Assembly: GCA_944358435.1 (NCBI GenBank)
Contig: CALVRD010000001.1
Coordinates: 7,977 to 71,976, forward strand
Reading direction: 5' to 3'
From: an uncultured Bacilli bacterium
GTDB taxonomy: Bacteria; Bacillota_I; Bacilli_A; RF39; UBA660
Length of the DNA stretch: 64,000 nucleotides
Position numbers and translations under genes: made by a program. Under the pieces are notes generated by a model. It did not search any database. It was not told the DNA's origin and saw only the letters and a program-made list of their open reading frames with translations. Positions 1 to 7,349 of this stretch are shown here, in pieces; position 1 is the stretch's first letter, and each line of letters begins with the position of its first letter.

Positions 1-47
1 ACTGTAACAGTATCTCCAACATAGACATTTTTATATTTAAAGGTCAT
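1..47 (-). CDS. 5' end of a gene running off the window (N-term MTFKYKNVYVGDTVT...), possibly the next spoVA cistron
   Basis: ATG at 45-47 (minus) preceded by a GGAGG RBS at ~52-59; only 15 codons visible. Confidence 0.25.
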   Translation of the reverse strand, partial: MTFKYKNVYVGDTVT

Positions 48-484
48 AATCCGCCTCCAATAAAGTATCTAATCATTCCGAAAAACCAAGCCGCAACAAC
101 TCCATACAAAATTACTGACCCAGCAAGCTTAAATATATTTGATCCAATCCCATATATCGGTCCCTCTTTTCGATAATCTAAAGCAGCACTAGTCATCGAA
201 TGAGCAAATCCAGTAATTGGTATTAATAATCCACACCTAAATTTAGAAACTAACTTATCAAAAAAACCTAAAGCTGTAGCTAAACTAGCAATAAAAATTA
301 AAATTACACTCATAAACACTTGGGCATCAGCCCTAGACATATGAACAATTCCACATAGTACTTCTATAATCCCTTCCCCTAAAAGTCCAACTACTCCACC
401 AGAAATAAAAGCAACTACTGCATTTTTTACTTTAGTTTCCTTCGGTTTATGGAAATCAGCAATCCTATTATACAAATTATCTTT
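44..484 (-). CDS. spoVAC: Stage V sporulation protein AC (SpoVAC)
   Basis: ~150 aa polytopic protein; ...ITGFAHSMTSAALDYRKEG...GSVILYGVVAAWFFGMIRYF matches the SpoVAC family. The ORF-track start looks extended; the likely start is MKDNLY. Confidence 0.7.
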   Translation of the reverse strand, partial: KDNLYNRIADFHKPKETKVKNAVVAFISGGVVGLLGEGIIEVLCGIVHMSRADAQVFMSVILIFIASLATALGFFDKLVSKFRCGLLIPITGFAHSMTSAALDYRKEGPIYGIGSNIFKLAGSVILYGVVAAWFFGMIRYFIGGGL

Positions 485-570
485 CATTTTAATCACCATT
501 ACTAGTATCAACCAAATATTTTTTTTCATACAAAAAAACTTAAGAAAATTTAAAATAAAAATTCTTAAGT

Positions 571-1209
571 TTAAAGTACAGATTTTAATTTTTCTAAAAT
601 TTTTCCTTCTTTTCGTGACACTTGAGCCTGACTCATGCCAAGTTCCCTACTAGCTTCACTCTGAGTCAAATCATCATAATATCTAGCAGTAATAAGCATT
701 TTCTCTTCTGGCGATAATTCCTCTAAAGCAACTCTTAAATCTAAAATTTCTGAATTCATTTCCGTATCTGTTGTCATAATAGAATTATAAAATTCCGAAC
801 TATCTTCATCTGCTACATAATCTAAACTTCTAATATCTAAAGCAGCAACTCGTGCTTCTTCAATTTTTTCTTCATCTATTTCTAAAAATAAAGATAATTC
901 CGTAGTTGTTGGCTCACGTCCTAAAGATTGACTCATTTTCTCACTTGCTCTATCTACAGCTTGATTAATTTTAACTAAATCATTACTTACTTTTACTAAA
1001 TTACTTTCTCTAACATACTTTTTTACTTCACCTAAAACATAATAATAGGCATAAGTTGAAAATTTAGTATCCTGACTATTATCAAAATGTCGATATGCAT
1101 TAATTAATCCTAACATTCCAACTTGATATAAATCATCCCTATCAAAATATTTAGTATATTTACTAATAATTCCATATACTAAACCCTCATAATTTAGTAA
1201 CTCGTCCAT
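571..1209 (-). CDS. sigF: Sporulation-type group 3 sigma factor (SigF/SigG/SigB clade), short N-terminus
   Basis: Region 2 (DLYQVGMLGLINAYRHFD...FSTYA) and region 4 HTH (DLTQSEASRELGMSQAQVSRKEGKILEKL) resemble SigF; it sits between a STAS protein and spoVAC as in spoIIA-spoVA loci. Confidence 0.65.
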   Translation of the reverse strand: MDELLNYEGLVYGIISKYTKYFDRDDLYQVGMLGLINAYRHFDNSQDTKFSTYAYYYVLGEVKKYVRESNLVKVSNDLVKINQAVDRASEKMSQSLGREPTTTELSLFLEIDEEKIEEARVAALDIRSLDYVADEDSSEFYNSIMTTDTEMNSEILDLRVALEELSPEEKMLITARYYDDLTQSEASRELGMSQAQVSRKEGKILEKLKSVL

Positions 1210-1220
1210 TATCCTCCCCT

Positions 1221-1550
1221 CTATATATTAAAATATTTAAATGCCTCCACTTCACAATTAACATAAGCTAATCTTTTATCTTTAAAAGTACTTTTTATTC
1301 CACACATAACTACTTTTCCACAACATAAAAATATTTCATACAATTTATTTTGGATTTTATGAAAAACACTATTCTCAATATTAAAAATATCAACAAAACT
1401 AATTACATAAAAATTCATTCCTAAGTTATAAAGTAAATTATTTAATTCTAAATCTAAATCATCAAAAGTTCTATTAGTTAAATCACCCTCCAATCTAATA
1501 AATGTAATTCCTCTTACTACATCAACTTGAACATTTAGCATGAACTTCAC
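1221..1550 (-). CDS. STAS-domain anti-sigma-factor antagonist-like protein (SpoIIAA-like), phospho-Ser position not conserved
   Basis: Aligns to SpoIIAA (IRLEGDL ~ IRLTGEL; SFVD ~ SFMD; VVMCGI ~ VVCAI), but the DSSG phosphorylation motif is replaced by DIFN. Confidence 0.5.
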   Translation of the reverse strand: MKFMLNVQVDVVRGITFIRLEGDLTNRTFDDLDLELNNLLYNLGMNFYVISFVDIFNIENSVFHKIQNKLYEIFLCCGKVVMCGIKSTFKDKRLAYVNCEVEAFKYFNI

Positions 1551-1642
1551 CTCTCACTTAAAATATAAAAAATATTATTTATTTTTTAAAGTAATTCGAC
1601 AAAACATATCAAAAGATTCGTTAGCTAAAAACCGACAAAAAA

Positions 1643-1681
1643 AGACTAATATCTTCCTATGCAAATAATTAGTCTTTATAT
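1643..1681 (-). terminator. Rho-independent terminator downstream of the 180-aa ORF
   Basis: Inverted repeat AAGACTAAT...ATTAGTCTT followed by a T-run on the minus strand. Confidence 0.35.
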
Positions 1682-1699
1682 TTTTATTATTTATAATAA

Positions 1700-2242
1700 T
1701 TAATGTTTATTAATTAATCTTTTTACAAATATTTTTTCGCCCTTAGCTAAATCTGCTTCTAGTAGATCATCAAATTTCTTTTCAACTTCTTCTATTGTTA
1801 CATGATAAGCCCTCTTAAAAAATAAAGCTTTATTTATATCTTCTTCAACATAAAAATGACTAAGACCTAAAGCTACATAATCAGATAATACTTTTCTATA
1901 ATCATCAAATTCAGCACTACCAGAAACAAATGGAAGGTTTTCACCAATAATACGCATATTATAATCATCAATATTTAAAGCTACTATTTCTTCTTTTTCT
2001 ATCGCATAATCATCTGGATATACTGGCCATTGACAATTATCTTTATACCAAGCATCATTAACTCTATTAATGACTTTGCTGTATATAACACCATCATCAT
2101 CATAGAATTTTCCACAATAGAATACAAGATCTTGAACTGGGCAAACTTCATATGTCATAGAAAAACTACCATCATCATTTATTCTTCTAACATAAGAATT
2201 AGAATTTGAAAATAACCCTCTTATATCATCAAATGTATCCAT
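1700..2242 (-). CDS. Hypothetical acidic cytoplasmic protein (180 aa)
   Basis: Long ORF with AT-rich codon usage consistent with its neighbours; no recognisable motif. Confidence 0.3.
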   Translation of the reverse strand: MDTFDDIRGLFSNSNSYVRRINDDGSFSMTYEVCPVQDLVFYCGKFYDDDGVIYSKVINRVNDAWYKDNCQWPVYPDDYAIEKEEIVALNIDDYNMRIIGENLPFVSGSAEFDDYRKVLSDYVALGLSHFYVEEDINKALFFKRAYHVTIEEVEKKFDDLLEADLAKGEKIFVKRLINKH

Positions 2243-2482
2243 GTGATTACGATCATATTGGCAATTAAAAGATTGTTTTGGCTCCTCCTACTTTTTTGGT
2301 TTAAATAAATTAATTATATTAATTATATTATTTACATTCATAAAATATCCCCGTCTTAAATAATGCAGACATGTTATAACACTTTTTACATAAAAATACA
2401 AGTAAAATTTCAATTCACAACTATTGTATCAATAGAGACTCTATGTATTAATTATCTATTTTATTACACGATCATTTGTACT

Positions 2483-2523
2483 TAAAAGAAAAGACTATTA
2501 ACAAATCTTTTTGTCAATAGTCT
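2483..2523 (-). terminator. Rho-independent terminator after nrdG (locus 1)
   Basis: 8-bp stem AGACTATT/AATAGTCT followed by a T-run on the minus strand. Confidence 0.4.
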
Positions 2524-2541
2524 GAAAGAAAACTAAGTTTC

Positions 2542-3093
2542 TTAAACAAACATATATTCTGGTTTCTTAACTGAAGAACTATAATCCTTATCCTGCATAT
2601 ATTTTTCAACTAAAACAACTCTTGATTGTTCCAAACTTTTTGAAACATCAATAATTCTTTGATTTTTAGAACCTTTAAAGTATATGTCTAAACTTTTTTC
2701 TTCTAGAATGAATTTTCCATCTACTAAAACATCTACATATTCTAATAACTTCTTATGTTTTGAGTTTCTTAACATTTCTTCATATGTAAATCCTGTATAA
2801 CACCAAACATTCATTCCTACTTCATGAGCTGCTTTACATAACTCTATACAAGCATCACTTTGACAAACTGGATCTCCGCCCGATAAAGTAATTCCATCTT
2901 GTCCTTTAAGTTGTTTTATTTCTTCAACAATTTCGCTAACATCTACTAAAGCACCACCATCAAAATCATGTGTTGAAGGATTATGACACCCCTTACAATG
3001 ATGAGGGCAACCTTGTGTCCAAACGACAGTTCTAATACCTTCTCCATCAACAATTGAATCTAGCTGTAGACTAGCAGCTAATCTAATTTTCAT
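2542..3093 (-). CDS. nrdG: Anaerobic ribonucleoside-triphosphate reductase activating protein (radical SAM), locus 1
   Basis: GCPHHCKGCHNP radical-SAM cluster motif typical of NrdG; its ATG overlaps the stop of the upstream small ORF (TAATG). Confidence 0.85.
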   Translation of the reverse strand: MKIRLAASLQLDSIVDGEGIRTVVWTQGCPHHCKGCHNPSTHDFDGGALVDVSEIVEEIKQLKGQDGITLSGGDPVCQSDACIELCKAAHEVGMNVWCYTGFTYEEMLRNSKHKKLLEYVDVLVDGKFILEEKSLDIYFKGSKNQRIIDVSKSLEQSRVVLVEKYMQDKDYSSSVKKPEYMFV

Positions 3094-3257
3094 TATGCTG
3101 CCTTATTTTTAGTTAGTTCTTTATAACCACTATGTTTTACACGGTCTCTTTCTTCAGCTCTTTTACCATTGTTGAAACGACTAACATCTCCTGCTAAATA
3201 ACCTGTAACTCTTCTAATTCTTTCAAATCCTTGTCCTTCTCCTACTAATTTTTCCAT
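3093..3257 (-). CDS. 54-aa stand-alone glycyl-radical-domain peptide (NrdD C-terminal loop RRVTGYL...NNGKRAEERDRVKH), not in the ORF track
   Basis: Hand translation gives MEKLVGEGQGFERIRRVTGYLAGDVSRFNNGKRAEERDRVKHSGYKELTKNKAA. There is a GGAG RBS 10 nt upstream of the ATG. It starts 31 nt after the nrdD stop and ends in a TAATG overlap with nrdG. Confidence 0.55.
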   Translation of the reverse strand: MEKLVGEGQGFERIRRVTGYLAGDVSRFNNGKRAEERDRVKHSGYKELTKNKAA

Positions 3258-3288
3258 AATCTAACATCTCCTTTTTTATCTATTATAT

Positions 3289-5604
3289 TTATCTTCCGCA
3301 GCACTCATGTGCTACAATCTTTTCCATTGGAACTCCCTCAAATTCATGACGTCCACAGCCTGGGCAAACATCATTAATAACTCCAACATATCCACAAACT
3401 GGATCTCTATCAACAGGATGGTTAATAGCACCATATCCAATTCCAGACTCTTTCATAATACGAATAATGCTTTCAAAGGCATCAACATTGCTAGCAGCAT
3501 CTCCATCTAATTCAATATAAGAAATATGTCCACCATTTGTAAACTCATGATATGGAGCTTCTGTTTTTATCTTATCAACAATACTTATATTATAATAAAC
3601 TGGTACATGGAAAGAATTTGTATAATATTCTCTATCAGTAACTCCTTTAATTTTTCCATAAATTGCTTTATCAATACTTGTAAATCTTCCAGATAATCCT
3701 TCAGCTGGTGTAGCTAAACATGTAAAGTTTAAATTATATTTCTTACAGTTTTCATCACACTTATCACGCATAAATTTAATAATTTCAAGTCCTAATTTTT
3801 GACTTTCCTCACTTTCACCATGATGTTTACCAGTTAAAGCTTTTAAACATTCGGCAAGACCAATAAATCCTGTTGATAATGAACCATGCTTCCATACTTT
3901 TCTTAATCTATCAGTCGGTTTTAGCTTCTCACCATTAGTCCAAACACCTTGTCCTAATAAGAATGGAAAGTTATAACAACGTTTATTACATTGAACTTCA
4001 AATCTTTCAAGTAATTGGTCTCTTACCATATCCATAATTTGTCCAAGTTCTTGACAGAATCCTTCCATGTCAGGTTTTTCTCTTTCTTTTAAAGCAATAC
4101 CATATTTAATACCAAGTCTAGGTAAATTAATAGTTGTAAATGATAAATTACCACGTCCAGTAACAACTTGATTATCAGGAGAAGTAACATCAGCAATTAC
4201 TCTTGTACGACATCCCATATAAGAAATTTCTGTATTAGGATCTCCTTCTTTATAAAATTGTAAGTTAAATGGCGCATCAATAAATGCAAAGTTAGGAAAA
4301 AGTCTTTTAGCCGAAACTTTACAAGCTAATCTAAATAAATCATAGTTAGGATCTTCTTTATTATAGTTAACCCCTTCTTTTACTTTAAATATTGATACTG
4401 GGAATATTGGAGTTTCTCCTTTACCAAGTCCCGCATCTGCTGAAAGCAAGAAATTCTTAACAACCATTCTACCTTCAGGAGATGTATCTGTACCAAAGTT
4501 AACTGATGAGAATGGTACTTGAGCTCCAGCCCTTGAATGCATTGTATTTAAATTATGGATAAATGACTCCATTGCTTGTTGTGTAGCTCTATCAGTTTTT
4601 TGTAAAGCTTTTTCATACCCCTTAGTAAATATTTCTTTTATTCGATCAGATCCTTTTTGGTAATCACTAAAGTCTTCTATATTTATTTCTATACTTTCAA
4701 CTTTATCTATTTCTCGAATAATTCTATCAACATTTACTACTGGTAAAAATCCTTCTAAATCTAAAAAATCATAAATTGTTTGTTTAAATTGTTTCTTAAA
4801 TGTCTTTAAAACTCCTGGTGCTAAATAATAATCTAATGCTGGAACAGCTTGTCCACCATGTTGATCATTTTGATTAGCTTGAATTACTATTGCGGCTAAT
4901 GCAGCATAAGTAGATATATCTTGTGGAGGTCTAACAAACCCATGTCCTGTATCAAACCCATTTTTAAATAATCTTGATAAATCTATTTGACAACAAGTTG
5001 TAGTACCCATTGCTAAGAAATCCATATCATGAATGTGAATAGTACCTTCATCATGCATAGTAGCAAATTCTGGTTTCATTAAATATGCTTTAGAGAATTC
5101 TCTTGAAACAGTCGCTCCATATTGTAACATTGTACCCATTGGACTATTTCCATCAATGTTAGCATTTTCTCTTTTAGCGTCTTCCTCATTTGCTGACTTA
5201 AGTCCTAAATTTTCTAACGATTTTAAAAACTTATGTGTTTTCTTATCATCAAAGAAAGATTGACGAGAAGCATTTCTTCTTTCTCGATATTCAGAGAATG
5301 ATTTATATACATCTTCATAGCCTTTATCTTCAAGTTCTTCCTCGATTAAATCTTGAATTTGTTCAATCTTAAATTTATCTGTATCTTTAGCTTCTTTAGC
5401 AATTCTTTTTAATACTGCTTGATACACTTTTTGTACATCTTTAGAAGTATATTTCCTTTCTTTCTCATCTTCATCAACATCAACTTCTACACTATCAAAA
5501 CCTTTTTTTATTGCTAAAGCAATCTTAGTTTCATCGAAATCAACTTTTTTACCATTTCTTTTAATTACAGTTAAGCCCTCTAACTTATCAATTACTTCAT
5601 TCAT
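3289..5604 (-). CDS. nrdD: Anaerobic ribonucleoside-triphosphate reductase large subunit (locus 1): ATP-cone plus Zn ribbon, but no C-terminal glycyl-radical motif in this polypeptide
   Basis: N-terminal ATP-cone (VIKRNGKKVDFDETKIALAIKKGF), glycyl-radical-enzyme core, C-terminal CGY...CPGCG Zn ribbon. It ends ...HECCGR without an RxxGY loop. Confidence 0.85.
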   Translation of the reverse strand: MNEVIDKLEGLTVIKRNGKKVDFDETKIALAIKKGFDSVEVDVDEDEKERKYTSKDVQKVYQAVLKRIAKEAKDTDKFKIEQIQDLIEEELEDKGYEDVYKSFSEYRERRNASRQSFFDDKKTHKFLKSLENLGLKSANEEDAKRENANIDGNSPMGTMLQYGATVSREFSKAYLMKPEFATMHDEGTIHIHDMDFLAMGTTTCCQIDLSRLFKNGFDTGHGFVRPPQDISTYAALAAIVIQANQNDQHGGQAVPALDYYLAPGVLKTFKKQFKQTIYDFLDLEGFLPVVNVDRIIREIDKVESIEINIEDFSDYQKGSDRIKEIFTKGYEKALQKTDRATQQAMESFIHNLNTMHSRAGAQVPFSSVNFGTDTSPEGRMVVKNFLLSADAGLGKGETPIFPVSIFKVKEGVNYNKEDPNYDLFRLACKVSAKRLFPNFAFIDAPFNLQFYKEGDPNTEISYMGCRTRVIADVTSPDNQVVTGRGNLSFTTINLPRLGIKYGIALKEREKPDMEGFCQELGQIMDMVRDQLLERFEVQCNKRCYNFPFLLGQGVWTNGEKLKPTDRLRKVWKHGSLSTGFIGLAECLKALTGKHHGESEESQKLGLEIIKFMRDKCDENCKKYNLNFTCLATPAEGLSGRFTSIDKAIYGKIKGVTDREYYTNSFHVPVYYNISIVDKIKTEAPYHEFTNGGHISYIELDGDAASNVDAFESIIRIMKESGIGYGAINHPVDRDPVCGYVGVINDVCPGCGRHEFEGVPMEKIVAHECCGR

Positions 5605-5900
5605 ATTTTAACCTCCTCTTAAGTAACTTTCTAAGTTAATTTTAGGTTCATACTAATTAAAAAGCAATACCCAAAAATTGACTTTTTTTACCATTTTTTT
5701 TTATTTGTTGCTATATAAAGAAATTAGTAGAAATTTATTTTTGTTCGATTGACGACAATTTACATTTTTATACATTTTTAAAAAAATAATTTTTAATTTT
5801 TTTGTATTTTTTAAGTTTACTTTTTCAATTTTTCTCTTATTTTTCAATAAACTTGTATTTAAATTTTATAAAAAAATTAAAAAAATTAAAAAATTATTTT

Positions 5901-6371
5901 TTAAAATTTTTTAATTTTTTCATCAGTTGATCCAAATCCACCATTTCTAATTCCATCAGCCATATCATTATCAACTAACAAATATTTTTGGAAAATTACT
6001 TGTCCAATAACATCACCTTTTTTAACTTCAATATCATGGTCACTACAATTAAAATAAGCAAAGTAAAAGTGTCCATCATTTACTGTATTACAATAATAAT
6101 CTGAATCTATTAATCCGACACTATTTGCCATTAAAAAACCTTTTTTGGGTCCACTACTCCTATTAAGTAGAAGATAACATTCATCATCCATACAATAGGC
6201 TTTTAAACCGGTAGGAATTAATGTTGGTTTAATTCCCGGATAATATTTAGGAATAATCACATCTTCTGCTGCTTCAACATCATATCCTGCAGAATGTTTA
6301 GTCTTTCTTACTGGTAAATGTATATCTTTATCTTCATATCCTTTTGCTATTTCAAATCCTCTTTGTCTCAT
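5901..6371 (-). CDS. dut: dUTP diphosphatase
   Basis: SAGYDV motif and C-terminal motif V RNGGFGSTD. Confidence 0.8.
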   Translation of the reverse strand: MRQRGFEIAKGYEDKDIHLPVRKTKHSAGYDVEAAEDVIIPKYYPGIKPTLIPTGLKAYCMDDECYLLLNRSSGPKKGFLMANSVGLIDSDYYCNTVNDGHFYFAYFNCSDHDIEVKKGDVIGQVIFQKYLLVDNDMADGIRNGGFGSTDEKIKKF

Positions 6372-6384
6372 TTTCTTACTCCTC

Positions 6385-6807
6385 CTAATAAATCATATAC
6401 TTATCATTTCCATATAATCGATAAGCCTTTTTATATACTACTACTTTTTCTTTACTATTTTCCAATATCTTTTCAACTTCCCCTATTGCTAAAACTGGAC
6501 TATTATGAAATCCAACCACTATATCAAAAAAGCATTCATTCTCTCCATATGGTCCTTCTCTTATTATATCTCCAAGCATTGCAATAAACATATGACTAAT
6601 ATCCCCTCTATACATCTGCAAAGTCTTACCTTGTTGTAAAGAGTTAAATACATTAGAAAATTGTTGAATTAAAATTTTCTCATCCCCATCAAGCTCGAGT
6701 GGACATAATCCCCTATCTATCTTCTTTAAATATCCACCTCTAACATTATCTTTTCTATCATAAGAAAAATAAAATGTATATCCTTTCAATAATTTTTCTT
6801 CTAACAT
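6385..6807 (-). CDS. Hypothetical protein (140 aa) translationally coupled between nrdG and dut
   Basis: 2-nt gap to nrdG2 and 13-nt gap to dut; no recognisable motif. Confidence 0.3.
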   Translation of the reverse strand: MLEEKLLKGYTFYFSYDRKDNVRGGYLKKIDRGLCPLELDGDEKILIQQFSNVFNSLQQGKTLQMYRGDISHMFIAMLGDIIREGPYGENECFFDIVVGFHNSPVLAIGEVEKILENSKEKVVVYKKAYRLYGNDKYMIY

Positions 6808-6809
6808 AA

Positions 6810-7349
6810 CTATTTCCTCACAATTTTACTATTATCTATATATAATATTATTTTCCTTTTCTTTAAACTTTTCTTAACATCAACTATTCTTTGATTACTA
6901 CTACCAACATAATGTAGTTTTTCATCTGCTAAATGTAGTATAAATCTTCCCTCAAGTAAAACATCAATATTATTAAGAATCCCCTCTAAATTCCTATCAT
7001 TTACAACTTGATTCATTAATTCTTCCCAAGTATATCCCGTATAGCACCAAATAGTTTTACTTGGATATCGCCTCTTTACTTCTAAAATCAACTTATAAAT
7101 TTCTTCACGACTATCTATAAATAGTGGATCTCCTCCCGATAAAGTAAGGCCACTACACCAATCATTTTCTAATTCCGCAAAAATTTCACTTTTAGCACTA
7201 TCATCAAACTCTAAGCCATCATTTTTATCCCAAGTAATTGGATTTTGACAAGCATGACACTTATGAGAACAACCACTAGTCCAAAGTACTACTCGAAGCC
7301 CTTCCCCATTAAGCATATCTGCTTTTGTAATATTATGATACTTCATCAC
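6810..7349 (-). CDS. nrdG: Anaerobic ribonucleoside-triphosphate reductase activating protein, locus 2
   Basis: GCSHKCHACQNP radical-SAM motif; 4-nt overlap with nrdD2. Confidence 0.85.
   Translation of the reverse strand: MMKYHNITKADMLNGEGLRVVLWTSGCSHKCHACQNPITWDKNDGLEFDDSAKSEIFAELENDWCSGLTLSGGDPLFIDSREEIYKLILEVKRRYPSKTIWCYTGYTWEELMNQVVNDRNLEGILNNIDVLLEGRFILHLADEKLHYVGSSNQRIVDVKKSLKKRKIILYIDNSKIVRK

Noticed and set aside
3307-3510. Short ORFs (60-120 aa) on the strand opposite to long genes (3307..3510, 6318..6587, 9234..9443, 10042..10269, 10861..11112, 13221..13475, 16925..17125, 21033..21224, 24022..24236, 35719..36055, 36431..36619, 37157..37369, 39800..39985, 43383..43595, 45531..45737, 47475..47666, 58074..58433, 59822..60013, 60201..60452, 60737..60922)
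   Set aside because: All are antisense or shadow ORFs inside confidently assigned genes, or overlap real starts. They have I/L/F/S-rich low-complexity translations typical of AT-rich antisense frames, and lack RBSs.
5640-5930. Highly repetitive A/T tract (AAAAAATTAAAAAAATT…) upstream of nrdD1, considered as a possible CRISPR or tandem repeat array, or a B12/NrdR regulatory RNA
   Set aside because: The units are irregular low-complexity A/T runs with no spacer structure and no GC-containing conserved riboswitch core. This is best explained as an AT-rich promoter/UP-element region. No NrdR-box-like palindrome was seen.
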